A DNA stretch of 60,468 nt, the filler included, from Chiloscyllium plagiosum (taxonomy: Eukaryota), in the NCBI RefSeq assembly GCF_004010195.1. It is 5 parts of 5 records of this genome, joined end to end, with 100 filler letters (N's around TTAATTAATTAA, not from the genome) between each part and the next. Parts side by side here need not be neighbours in the genome. Positions count along the whole stretch, not along the records: positions 1 to 25,655 come from NC_057720.1; 4 more parts are not named here. The stretch is one strand, 5' to 3'. Below are positions 1-12,681 of this stretch, in pieces (within the stretch, counting starts at the first letter, position 1; each line of letters starts with the position of its first letter). The position numbers and the translations under genes are program-made. The notes beneath the pieces are model-generated. The model was not told the DNA's origin, did no database searches, and saw only the letters and a list, made by a program, of their open reading frames with translations.

Positions 1-993
1 ATAGAGTCATAGAGATGTACAGCATGGAAATAGATCCTTCGGTCCAACCTGTCCATGCCGACCAGATCTCCAACCCAATCTAGTCCCACCTGCCAGCACC
101 CAGCCCATATCCCTCCAAACCCTTCCTATTCATATACCCATCCAAATGCCTCTTAAAAGTTGCAATTGTACCAGCCTCCACCACTTCCTCTAGCAGATCA
201 TTCCATACATGTACTGCCCTCTGTGTGAAAAAGTTGCCCGTTAGGTCTCTTTTATATCTTTCCCCTCTCACCCTATCCCTATGCCCTCTAGTTCTGGACT
301 CCCCGACCCCAGGCAAAATACTTTGCCTATTTACCCTATCCAGGCCCCTCATAATTTTATAAACCTCTATAAGGTTACCCCTCAGCCTCCGACGCGCCAG
401 GGCAAACAACACCAGCCTGTTCAGACTCTCCCTATAGCTCAAATCCTCCAACCCTGGCAACACTGTGTAAATCTTTTCTGAATCCTTTCAAGTTTCACCA
501 CATCTTTCCGATAGGAAGAAGACCAGAATTGCACGCAATATTCCAACAGTGGCCCAACCAATGTCCTGTACAGCTGCAACATGACCTCCCAACTCCTGTA
601 CTCAATACTCTGACTAAAAAAGGAAAGCATACCAAAACGCCGTCTTCACTATCCTATCTATCTGCAACTCCATTTTCAAGGAGCTGTGAACCTGCACTCC
701 AAGTTCTCTTTGTTCAGCAATACTCCCTAGGACCTGAACATTAAGTGTATAAGTCCTGCTAAGATTTGCTTTCCCAAAATGCAGCACCTCGCATTTGTCT
801 GAATTAATCTCCATCTGCCATTATTCAGCCCATTAGCCCATCTGGTCCAGATCCTGTTGTAATCTGAGGTAACCCTCTTCGCTGTCCACTACTCCTCCAA
901 TTTTGGTGTCATCTGCAAAGTTACTTACTGTATCTCTTATGCTCGCATCCAAATCATTTATGTAAATGCCAAAAAGTAGAGGACCCAGCACTG
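1..993 (-). mobile_element. CR1/HER1 LINE, 3' portion (RT C-terminus and tail), 5'-truncated
   Basis: Minus-strand ORF fragments LEYCVQFWS...KLERIQKRFT and RRLRGNLIEVYKIMRGLDRV...FFTQR are typical of the CR1 ORF2 C-terminus; ATAGAGTC-type tail at position 1. Confidence 0.9.
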
Positions 994-1104
994 TACTTGT
1001 TCGCTACCTTAGATTTTCTTGTAAACATTGTCACTGAAACAGCACAATTCACCAGAACAGCAAACAGCACCCAATGTATAACACTGTAAGCCCTTCGGTA
1101 ACAT

Positions 1105-2792
1105 GCACACAACGCTTCAGTATGGCCTAACCTGTGTTTTATGAAGTTCCAGTATCATCTCCCTACTCTTCATTGTCAATGTCTCGGCTAATAAAAGCAA
1201 ATACCTTCTTCACCTTCTTAGCCTCTTTGTCCAGACGACACAGTACTACAGGGTATCGGTGGGTATGTATACCAAAGATTCTTAGTCCTTTCCAGGCTTC
1301 TACCATTCAAAACGTAATATCTCGCAGTTTCTTCTGCCGAATTACATCACATTACACTTATCCAGAATGATTTCCATTTGCAGCTTCTCTTCACATATAA
1401 CCAATCCTTGTCTATCCTTCTGCAATCTAAAGCTGTTATGCTCATGACTTACCAACATGGCAATTTTCCTTCCAATTGTGAGTTTACTGGTTAACCCTCC
1501 TACATTCGAGGCTCAATCATTGGTATATAAGAGAACCAGCAAGAAAATCAACACCAGTCCCTTCAGAACACCACGAGGCATTGATTTCCAGTCATGCATA
1601 CACCCAATGACCATTATCCCCTGCTCCCACCACTCAGACAGTTCTGGATCCAATCTGTCAAATTAACTCGGATCCCATTGACTATGATTATTGCTATCAT
1701 CCGGACATCGAATTATCTCTCTGAAAATTACCATCAAATTGTTAAGACATGCTTTCCTGTCAATAAAACTATGCTGAAAATTGTTGATTGATCTTCCAAA
1801 GGAAGACCACTTCCGCTTCTCAAGAGTTCTAATAATTTCCCTACCGGAGACTAGCTTGACGGATGTGTGATAGCATTGTTTATCCCTTCCTTCATCCTGC
1901 ATAACAGTGCAACGTTGGCTGATCTACACTCACTTGGCACAACTGCTGTGGCCAGACAGGAATTCTAAATTATTGCCAGCGACCCAACTATATTATCCTT
2001 TGCATCGCTCAACAGCTTGCGATACATTTCATCTGCCCTGGAAATATAACCGCTTTTCAACCAGAAGACAACACAGAACATCACATCATGTGTCCTAATT
2101 TCTGAAAGTACATCACAACACTCCTCCACAATTTCTGTCCCCACATTGTCCCTCTTACTAGCGAACACTGACACAACACATTCGTTTCGACCACAACCTA
2201 ATCCTCCGGCTCCACACCAATAATAACACTTAATGGGCATTACTGTTTCCTGAATTGTTCTTTTATTATGAATGAGCCTGTAACTTTTAAAAATATTTTC
2301 CGTTATTTTGACTGTTATTATTTTCTCATGGTCCCTTTTGCTCTCCTAATACCTCTTTCTTTCAAACTCCCTCTTGCACGTTCTTTACTACATACTAGTT
2401 TCGATTGTTTTCAGATTTCAGTATAGACCGGAAGCCTCCCTTGTTTCTCTTTATCTCCCCCTCCATGCCCTTTGGTGTCCAGAGCCTACTTCATTCTTGG
2501 TCCCAGGCAGTGGCTTCCTGGGAAATCTCCTCCCTGTGCTTTTCTTATTTCTTTCTTAAATGTGTCACATTGCTCTGATTTAGATTTACCACTAAGTGCC
2601 AGCTTCCAGTCCACTCTGGTCAAATCACTACCTGATCTTATTAACATTGTGCTTCCCCCTTCAGAATGTTGGGCCAATTTCTATCCATTTTCAGAACAAT
2701 CTGGAATCCAGCAGATTTATGATCATTGTCTGCAAAGTGCTTCACCATTGATGTTTTGCCCAATGGGTCGACTTCATTCCCTAAAGTTAAGT
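1105..2792 (-). mobile_element. Old degenerate CR1-type LINE ORF2 fragment
   Basis: QHSFIDRKACLNNL (cf. QHGF..SCLTNL) in ORF 1663-1902 and TRVDWKLALSGKSKSEQCDTFKKEI in ORF 2486-2677; many stops; ends at an N gap. Confidence 0.7.
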
Positions 2793-3629
2793 NNNNNNNN
2801 NNNNNNNNNNNNNNNNNNNNNNNNNNNNNNNNNNNNNNNNNNNNNNNNNNNNNNNNNNNNNNNNNNNNNNNNNNNNNNNNNNNNNNNNNNNNNNNNNNNN
2901 NNNNNNNNNNNNNNNNNNNNNNNNNNNNNNNNNNNNNNNNNNNNNNNNNNNNNNNNNNNNNNNNNNNNNNNNNNNNNNNNNNNNNNNNNNNNNNNNNNNN
3001 NNNNNNNNNNNNNNNNNNNNNNNNNNNNNNNNNNNNNNNNNNNNNNNNNNNNNNNNNNNNNNNNNNNNNNNNNNNNNNNNNNNNNNNNNNNNNNNNNNNN
3101 NNNNNNNNNNNNNNNNNNNNNNNNNNNNNNNNNNNNNNNNNNNNNNNNNNNNNNNNNNNNNNNNNNNNNNNNNNNNNNNNNNNNNNNNNNNNNNNNNNNN
3201 NNNNNNNNNNNNNNNNNNNNNNNNNNNNNNNNNNNNNNNNNNNNNNNNNNNNNNNNNNNNNNNNNNNNNNNNNNNNNNNNNNNNNNNNNNNNTGTTTCTT
3301 AGATTTACTTATTAACTTCCCCCAAGTTTTCTATTTTTACACATAGGTTTATGAGTGAAACTACACATTGTCATTTAGCTCCTTTCACCTGCTAATTATT
3401 TTCCTGATTATTTCAGAAACTATGACTAAAAATCCCTATTTTTAACAAAGTTTCAAATATTATTAAAAGTTGCAGCACTGGCATTTCCTACAGTGAGCTT
3501 TGTGGTGTTTAAATGTTCTGGTCAAAATTTGCTTCAAGCAGAAGACTTAAACATTGGTTTCTCCGAGTTCCCAGCCATTGCCATTGCAGTTCCTTAATAA
3601 CTGCAATCTATTGATAAGCCCCAGAATGA

Positions 3630-4780
3630 ACAGAATGTCCAGGCCCTGTACGCATCCAAACACCATGATGTCGGCCTCGAAGCCCTCCGTTTCTTCCTGT
3701 CACGCCAACCCAAGCAGTACATGCTCAACCTCAACTACATTTCCTTTCAATCCTCCCACTTCCTCCAAACCAAAGGGGTAGCCATGGACACCTGTATGGA
3801 CCCCAACTATGCCTGCCTCTTCGTCAGATATGTGGAGCAGTCAATCTTCCACAGCTACACCGGTATCATTGCCCACCTTTACCTTTGCTACATTGATGAC
3901 TGTGTCAACGCCATCTCATGCTACCACTAGGAGGTTGAACAGTTCATCAACTTTAATAAGGCCTTCCACCCTGACCTAAACTTCACAGGGACCATCTCGG
4001 ACACCTCCCTCCCTTTCCTAGACCTCTCCACCTCTATCTCCAGTGACCGACTAAACATTTACGACAAGCCCACTGACTCCCACAGCTACCTGGACGACAC
4101 ACCTCCCACCCGACCTCCTGTAAAAGTGCCATCCCTTATTGTCAATTCCTCTGCCTCCACTGCATCTGCTCCCAGGAGGACCAGTTCAACCATAACACAT
4201 CCCAGATAACCTCCTTTTTCAACGACTGCAATTTCCGCTCCCATGTGGTCGACGATGCCCTTGAACCCCATCCCTCCAATCGCAACAGGGAGCCCTCCTG
4301 TTCCTCATCTTCCAACGCACCAACCTTGCATACATCATATCATCCTCCCCTGCTTCCACCACCTGTAAACAGACCCCATCACTCGGGGTATATTTCCCTC
4401 CCTACCCCTATCTGCATTCCGGAGACACCATTCCCTCCGCGGCTCACTCGTCAGGTCCATGCCTCTCCACCAACCCACTCCCCACCCCTGTCACCTTCCC
4501 TTGCCACCACAGGAAGTGCAAAACCTGCCCCCACAACTCCCCCCTCACCTCCGACAAGGCCCCAAATGATCCTACCACATCCCAGAGAAATGTATCTATA
4601 CTTCCACAAATGTCATCCACTGTGGCTGTTCCACCTGATGTGGTCTCCTCTACATCAGGGAGACAGGACACTAACTTGCGGATCATTTCAGAGACCATCT
4701 CTGGGACACCCGTGCCAACCAACCCCACGGCCCCGTGGCTGACCACTTTAACTCCCTCTCCCACTCCACCAAGAACAGGC
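3630..4780 (+). mobile_element. Penelope-like retroelement remnant (RT + GIY-YIG endonuclease)
   Basis: LNYISFQSSHFLQTKGVAMDTCMDPNYACLF...YIDD RT motifs (3721-3930); TSTNVIHC..CGLLYIRETGH.LADHFRDHL GIY-YIG-like remnant at ~4600-4700; disrupted by stops and frameshifts. Confidence 0.8.
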
Positions 4781-5316
4781 CGGTCATATTCTGTTCATTT
4801 CCAATGAATAAATACAAAATAACCGAGCCTGAATTTGGGATGATATTAACAGGATTTATTTTGATCTAAGCATGAACAGATTCTTTTGACATAACAGGTG
4901 GAGAGATTCACTTCCTGAAAAAGCAGCTCAAGTGAACTTAGCTGGCACCAAACCGATTTTGGTCAATACTGAAGCAAGAATACTGCATACAGTCTTCACT
5001 GAAATAAATAAAGAAACTATCTTAACACCGGAACAAGATAGAGTGTATTAAATATGAACAAAGACACAAGTATTTTAGGATATAATAGAAAAGTAATTTA
5101 TAGTATATTGAAATGCAAACAGAGATGTGAATTTGTGTGTCTACATTCTTCCAAGCTAAATTAGTCATTTCAGAAATGCCTTTGTTAATTTTCATGAATC
5201 ATTTGTTGGTCCATCCACGAACCTTGCGAGGTCCTTGTTAAATTCTGAACCATCGCCTTCCAGGTTCACAGTGGTTGTGAGTTTCATGTTATAGCAAATT
5301 GTGAAGTTGTGCACTG

Positions 5317-7447
5317 TATGCCAATGTCTTAGTTAAGAATTTAAAGCAATCACAGCTCCAAATATTTACAAGCTATCACGATGGATCTTCCTTGAATCCA
5401 AAAAAAATTGTCCCTTTGATCAATGATTTCTAAAATTTACTCACATACCTTTTGTGAAGGACGTTTTCAAATAACTTGAAGTGCAAATGGTTCACATCAG
5501 TCGGAATACAGTAACATTTCATGTGTTACCCCACACAAAAAGAAGTCAAGCAATATTCACGAGTTGCTCTAAGCAAGTCTGCGATGGATTCTTTTATCAA
5601 ACAAAATCATTTCCAATGTTGTGAGGGCTCGTCTATCTTCTGTGCAATGGCCTGAATTTTGTGTCTGACTGCAGATGAAACTGGCTGATCTGGGTAAAAG
5701 TACAGTTTGTGCCTTTCACATTGTTAATGTATATTGCTAACTTTAGTTGAATAAAGTGATGCTGTCCCAGGCATCTTCTGGCACCATTAATTAGATCATT
5801 AGTTTCCACATCACTAGCCGGAGAATCAGGTGGAGTGTATTGACCTCATTGAAACGAATGCTTGGAATATTTCCGGTATGAATCATGTGAATTAGAGCCT
5901 CTGAATGAGACAAAGTAGGAAAGATGAATTTAGAGTAGTAGAACGTTTTCACGACAGAGAGAGATCACTTCGCCCATCGCACCTGTATCACGTGAAGACA
6001 GAGCCTTCCAGCCAACACCCCATTTATAGCATGTTGTCCATAACCCTGCAGGTGATAGCACTGTAAACGTTCGAGAACATTGTGTAGGGTCTAATCCATT
6101 ATCAACATAGATATGTTCTCCAATGCTGTAAATCCTGGTTTATGGGGAAAAAGTAGGGGCAGAACTGTATCAAAACTCAAACAGTTGGTACAGCCCTGAG
6201 GAGCTAAGAGGCCCATTTCTAAACGTTGTTTCTCAGGACATTTTGACTATTCTTGACTTAATATCATTGTAAACTGACATGAAAAAAAATGCAGACATGT
6301 TCCCCCGAAATGCTGACAGCAACATACCTTTATTCAGCATCAGCAACATGAATTAAGAAAGTTTAAAAAAAAACTTTCTTTTAACTGATTATTGATAACA
6401 CTGATTTCACAAAGTGGAATGTACAGACGGGCAGGGTGGAGGGTTGGGTGTGGGCGATGTTCATTGTTCCCTGATGTCTGGTTGCATTTGTGAGCAACAG
6501 GTGAACCTGGGAACCAGATTCAGGATGGTACTGCAGGTATTTCAGCAGATATTGTGTAATCGGAATTCTCCCATAAATCAGCAATGACATGAACATTTAT
6601 TTTTTATGGTGTTTGAAGCCAAAGAAAATTGAAAAATATGGTGGGAGAAGTTCCTTTCATTTCTTTGAACTGGTATCAAGGGACACTGTCTGTGGACCTG
6701 GGGTGGCAGGAGGATCTTTCACAGCAGAATGTGAGGGAAGAGAATCACTGTTGGAAATCCAGATAGACTGGAACTTGTTTCACTGGAGGGTGAGAGTTTG
6801 GGGGGTGACCTCATACAAGTTTATAAAGCCATGAGTGGAAAGGTGAATGGCTCTAATTAACATGATTCATACTGGAAATGTACGAAGCTTTCGTTTCAAA
6901 AATATCACATATCAATAAACTCCACCTGACCCTACGGCTAGCGATGTGGAAATTAATGGTCTAATTAATGGTGCCAGACGATGCCCGGGACAACATCTCT
7001 TTATTCAACTAATGTCAGCAATATACATTAACAATGTGAAAGGCACAAACTGTATTTTTACCCAGATCAGCCAGTTTCATCTGCAATCAGACACAACTTA
7101 AAATTCAGACCATTGCACAGAAGATAGACGAGCGCTCACAACATTGGAAATGATTTTGTTTGATAAAAGAATCCATCGTAGACTTCCTCAGAGCAAATCA
7201 TGTTAACATACTTGTTTTTTTTGTGTGTGGGGTAGTGCACGAAATGTTACTTTAATCCGATTGTTGTGAACCATTTGCACTTAAGAAGTTGTTTGAAAAC
7301 GTCTATCACAGTAGATATGCGAGTAAATTTTACAAATCATTGATCAAAGGGGACAATCTTTTTTGGACTCGAGGAAGATCCATAGTGATATTTTGTAAAT
7401 GTTTGGAGCTGGGATTGTTTTCAATTTTTGACTAAGACAGTGGCGTA
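5317..7447. repeat. Inverted repeat, ~580-bp arms (5317-~5899 and ~6849-7447) with a ~950-bp spacer
   Basis: Reverse-complement matches, e.g. ctgatctgggtaaaagtacagtttgtgcctttcacattgttaatgtatattgct vs agcaatatacattaacaatgtgaaaggcacaaactgtatttttacccagatcag. Confidence 0.9.
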
Positions 7448-7449
7448 TT

Positions 7450-7745
7450 TTCGCTATGATGGGGGATTTCAACAACAGGGAACATGTTTTTACAATGAGA
7501 GGAGAAAATGTTTTAAAAAGATATCAGAGACAACTTTTTACACAGAGAATGGTTTGTGTGTGGGATGATCTAGTGGTGGATAATTACAAACATTTGGTTA
7601 AGTAAATGACTATCAAATGTTTGGAAGGATATGGGCCAAGTACACACAGGTGGGATTAGTTTAGTTTGGGATTAGGACTGGCATGGACTGGGTGGATCGA
7701 GGGGTCTGTAACCATGCTGTATCACTCCATGACTCTATGACTATT
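7450..7745 (+). mobile_element. CR1/HER1 3'-end fragment (continues the fragment at ~6775-6852)
   Basis: tttttacacagagaatggt...ggatatgggcca...tccatgactctatgactat tail, homologous to the reverse complement of 1-400. Confidence 0.7.
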
Positions 7746-8070
7746 GATCAGTTTTTCTCAATATTAAACAGTGCTGTAGTGATCCTTGAATGAGCTGTTG
7801 ATGTTAAGGTTGTGTCTGAGACTCTGCGAATATTTCCTTCAATGAGAGGAGGGACTAGTTCTCCAAGTTACATAACTGAAAAATAAACTTTTCTCCAGCA
7901 TTGTTGCTGAGTCGATTTGTTTCTGCGGAGGCGGTGGTTTTGGTTTTCAGTTGGCTTTCCACCAACTGGTCAACAGTGAGACAAAATATCTCTGATCGAC
8001 TGCAGAAACTCCACCTGCTTCCAGTAAATGAAACTGGGAACTCCAGGACCTTTTCTGCAGTCATCTTAAA

Positions 8071-8380
8071 ATTAGATTAGATTAGATTACTTACAGTGTG
8101 GAAACAGGCCCTTCCACCCAACAAGTCCACACCGCCCCGCCGAAGCGCAACCCACCCATACCCCTACATCTACCCCTTACCTAACACTACGGGCAATTTA
8201 GCATGGCCAATTCACCTGACCTGCACATCTTTGGACTGTGGGAGGAAACCGGAGCATCCGGAGGAAACCCATGCAGACTTGGGGAGAATGTGCAAACTCC
8301 ACGCAGTCAGTCGTCTGAGGCGGGAATTGAACCCGGGTCTGTGGCGCTGTGAGGCAGCAGTGCTAACCACTGTGCCACCC
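8071..8380 (-). mobile_element. HE1-type tRNA-derived V-SINE
   Basis: Minus strand: A box TGGCACAGTGG, B box GGTTCAATTCC, V-domain core (gtttcctcccacagtccaaagatgtgcagg) and (TCTAA)n tail. Confidence 0.9.
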
Positions 8381-9228
8381 ACATTGCTGCCAACTATTGT
8401 ATCTGGCCGATTAAAGGGAAACTGAATCAACTAAAGTAAAATCCTATCAAACAAACTATATTTTCCCATTTACTCACAATGGACACATAACACTTGGCAT
8501 TTCTTCTTTAAAAAGGAAGGACACTGAATCCAGCATTCACTGTATGACTATCAGAAAACAGGACATTGAATGCAGTGACGTTCTGGTTAGTTCAGCCTGT
8601 TTACTGAGTATCTTTAAAGCTCCTGAATATGAAGTTAATGGATCCAAAATCCCACATTGCAGTAACATTTGTTATCATCTCAAAGTAAATTAACAAAATT
8701 GAACTGGTTCAAACTCACATCACTTGTTACACCATTCTCTGAATCATGCATCTCATTAAAACTGAGTGAGCACTTTATACATGGTTAACACTGGTGTAGT
8801 GTAACAGCGAATATTTGCTGATTTTTATGAGTTAACTGCCCTGTCAGAGTTATCAGTGGGCAGAGAAATGTACTGTTTATAACCTACAATTCGTGGTAAT
8901 TATTACTGTAATACTCTCTAATTTAACCAAACACTCCTGGTGTACCCAGATTGTTACATGCAATGGTTTAGACGTTGAGGATTTAAAAAAAGAACTTATG
9001 GGCTGTCTTGTTCTAGTTCATTAGATGCTCTTTCAAAAGTTTACCTCGGTGTTATGTATCACTGCGGACTCATATTTTGTTTCTCAGGCACACAGCTTTC
9101 CTTTACTGTGCATTTTAGTGTCGGAGCAATTTGAAAAAAAAATGCAAGGAGAGACATTCTGCAATGTAAGGAGGTGCTTCTAATCTCCGGGTCCAAACTG
9201 TTTAGTGACATACACTCACATTCTGAAC

Positions 9229-9671
9229 ATAATCACTTTAGACATGCTCCATATTAGGTTGCCTAAAATGAATTTAGAAACGCAGATTAGAAATGGTATG
9301 CTATTTTGTAATGTGTGAGAGACTTTGAGTGACAGCAAATAAAGTCATTCATTTTGTTGGCTAATAATATTATTGAAGTTCTTTTTAGCTTTATCTGCTT
9401 GTGGTGGAATGTAGGATTTAAGGGAGTTAACTTCTAATTGAATATTCTAAATATAATCACTTTGGACACGCTCTGTATTCAGTTGCCTAAATTGAATTCT
9501 GAAATGTTTCATATGAATTACATGTTATTTTGTAGTGCGTCAGAGACTTGCAGTATCCAGGGAAGAAAAGCTCCTCTGTTTTATTAGCTAGTAATATGTT
9601 TGAACTTTATCTTTAGTTTTATCTGCTTGTGAATGAATGTAGAAATAAAGGGAGCTAACTCCCAGTTGAAT
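9229..9671 (+). repeat. Imperfect tandem duplication, ~224-bp period, upstream of the IgH promoter
   Basis: ataatcacttt(a/g)gaca...gttgcctaaa...tttatctgcttgtg...aagggag(t/c)taact occurs at 9229 and 9453. Confidence 0.8.
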
Positions 9672-9923
9672 TTGTTTTTTTTAAAACAAAATACATGCAA
9701 CTATCATGTGAAACAGACCTGAAGCTACTCAAATGTACTTCCAAAGAAGCTATTCAGCAAAACAAATATCCCAAGATGTGTATGTGTCCATGTTTAAGCA
9801 GATCCTCATGTAAAGACATGATCCCATGTGTTCGGGCTGTGCAAGCTGATACCAGGATCCAGTCTCAGCCTCCAGCAGGATACCAACAGGCGGAAGCTGT
9901 AAGTCTGCCCCTTCCGATGGCCA

Positions 9924-9929
9924 TATAAA
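9924..9929 (+). promoter_or_regulatory. TATA box of the IgH V promoter
   Basis: TATAAA 93 bp upstream of the leader ATG at 10017. Confidence 0.65.
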
Positions 9930-10016
9930 TCCTGGGCACTAAACCGTTATTCAACACTCCTGCGTCGGCTCTGTTTAGAAAGATCTTGACAGAACCGTTT
10001 CCCACAAGTTATCAGA

Positions 10017-10065
10017 ATGATTGTGTCGACACTTTTTCTCAGTTTGTTACTGACTTTCTTATCAT
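10017..10065 (+). pseudogene. IGHV: IgM heavy-chain leader exon (MIVSTLFLSLLLTFLS-C)
   Basis: Hydrophobic 16-codon signal peptide, phase-1 donor GTGAGT at 10066, 127-bp intron to an AG acceptor at 10191-10192. Confidence 0.9.
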
Positions 10066-10192
10066 GTGAGTGATTTTTATTCAAGTCTCTCTTTGTGACT
10101 GTCTCAATGTTAGTCTACCGCAGGAATGTAAAAGACACAGCTATCATTTCATCAGCATTAATGCTCATGGTTTATTTGTTTTCTTTTTAAAG

Positions 10193-10552
10193 GTGTCCAG
10201 TCGGGGGTTGTTTTGACCCAGCCAGAGGCAGAGACTGGCCGTCCCGCAGGCAGCCTGAAACTGACCTGTAAAACCAGCGGTTCGATCTTAGCAGCTACTG
10301 GATGAGCTGGGTCCGACAGGTTCCCGGACAGGGTCTGGAGTGGCTGCTGAACTACTATAATTCAAACAGCAATAACTATGCAACAGCGATTAAGGGTCGA
10401 TTTACTGCGTCCAAAGACACTTCAAACAACATTTTCGCGTTGGACATGGGGAACCTGAAGATCGAAGACACCGCCATCTATTACTGTGCAAGATAGTTGG
10501 GGTGACTATCTTGCTGACTGGGGCCAAGGGACCATGGTGACAGTGACTTCAG
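10193..10552 (+). pseudogene. IGHV: Pre-joined (germline-joined) IgM VH-D-JH exon, frameshifted
   Basis: [25 protein letters not shown] / [22 protein letters not shown]...DTAIYYCAR followed 10 nt later by DYLADWGQGTMVTVTS and a GTAAG donor; no RSS between V and J; 1-nt loss at ~10280 (TGA at 10303) and TAG at 10494. Confidence 0.93.
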
Positions 10553-12681
10553 GTAAGAACTTTGAACTTTCTTAGTGACTGTTTAAAAAACATTCTATTC
10601 ATGTGACTAATTTCTGAATTAAATGAAACTCAGATTCTGTGCTGAGTTTGGTTTAGTTCGGATTGATTTTTGTTCAGACTGATTTATAGACCAGTTAAGG
10701 CTCAGCAAATAGTTACAATGGTGATGATGGAGTCAGTTGCTCGGTGTATCTCTTTTTTTGGATCAGATGGGCATTCTGTGTGGCTGGGTTACTTGAAGCA
10801 CCTAATGTCTCTTAATCAGTCAGGTATAAATAATGTTTAATGTCAGTGACACCCTGACTGTGTGTTTTATTATCAGCAACAAATGCTAAGAATTTAAAGA
10901 TATTTGAAATATTACCAAACATGATTAAAATATGTTAAAATATCATTATTCATTTCTTGCATATATTCCCCGTATAATGTTCTTACTATGGTTATATTTT
11001 CTCATTTATTTTGTTAATTTTGTTGATGGCAAGCAGGTTAGAAACTGTCAGAAAATTTTCCTGCTGTGCTATATTTCATTCTGTTTTTATTAGATTCTGA
11101 GTTTGTTTTACTTGGTTTTGTTGAATTGTGTTGATTGGCTTTTGAAATTGTTTTATTTGATTCTGTTGAATTGAATTGCTTGGATTCTGATTATCATTCA
11201 TTTAAATCTGTTGTTTTGAGTTGATTGCATTCTGATTTTATTTTCCTTGATTCTGTTGAATTGAGTTGATTGGATTCTTATTCAATTTGTGGACTTGATC
11301 TGCGTTTTCATGCTTTCTGTAATTGGTGTTTTCTTTCTGGTGAGGAGATAGTCTCTCTGGATTACTTTTCATTACCAATATTTGTGAAGTTCTTTGTTTT
11401 TCATTAATCATTTCTGGATTTGTTAAACTCATGACATATTTTTCTCTGCTTGATTGAAAACATTACATCTGTTTGTAACTGTCTGAAAACCAACTTAAGT
11501 CAGAAACACGGAAGTGTGAAAAATGAAATGGAAACGAGTTTTTAATGCACTGACTTTTTAAAAAAAAACTGAGTTCTAATGTAAACTAAATGAATTTTGT
11601 TTTGAGTAGCCTCATTCAAAATAAAATTTGGGACTAAAATCTGAAACTGCAGAATTGATCAGATTACGTAATTGAAACTAACTTAAAATTATAATGTGGT
11701 AATATTTGTCCATTCAAATAATTTTGTTTTGACCTTGAAGTGATTAATCAATATATGCCTTCAACCGCTCTACTGTAGACTGCACAAGATTGTCCTGATC
11801 AGGAAGGGTGTACAGGTTGGAAATAAATTGAACTGTTGCTGGAAACGTTACAGCTTTAAGTGTTAAGTCCCCTCACAGACAGGCTACTGTTTTGACTTGT
11901 TATTTCTTGTTATGACTGTTCAAGTTAATCATTAGTTTGCTTGATTCTGAGTAGTTTTGTTAGATTTCAATTTCTGTTTTTTGGTGAGGTTACACCAAGT
12001 TCTTGGTTGTGTTGGAAATGTTTGCAGAGCGAGTTCTGCTGCAAACACACCGTGTTGTGATTTGGTGATCTTTGCTCTGTTGAGGAGGGAGTGTGTTTTA
12101 GAAATGAAGGGAAAACAGATACCTTCGGGCGCCATTTTTACTTAGAAGTAGTAATTAAGGCTTAATCTAATCCATGCTTTACAATCCAAATTCAGAACTA
12201 AACTGTCTAGTTCATTTACAAGGTCTGTCTTTAAACAGATTACAAGCCATAGAGAAATATAAATAGAATTTCAAAAGTCTAATGTTCTAATAGTTCTTGC
12301 TCTTGAGCAAAAATGCCATGACAGTGTTATAATTGATCAAGAAACACCTTTCAATTCTGCTGTACACTACATACAATTTTTCAGGCTGGAAAAGATCATT
12401 GGCAAAGACCATTTGGAAATTCTGCTCAATTCTATCAAGAACAGATCAGTTTCACTGCTTTGAATTGTTTCACAAGTAACTTGAGTTAATTAATCGTTAT
12501 GTCCCTGATTAAACTGAATTTGCAGGATAAAAATAAAACATTAACTGAATTATTTAATCTGCACAGTGCTTTAGGTGTTCCCCAACTGAAGAGTCATTCT
12601 TTTGGAAACAACTGCTATTGTGAATTATGTGGCCAAGACCAAATTTCAAATTAATTAAAATAATCCACTCATGAATTCGCA

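Noticed and set aside
2472-3346. Long ORFs here and at 40432-41248
   Set aside because: Their length comes from N runs; only the V-kappa part at 40475-40638 is real
10193-10552. Processed (retroposed) pseudogene origin for the joined genes
   Set aside because: Leader introns, promoters and J-C introns are retained, and there is no poly(A) tail or target-site duplication
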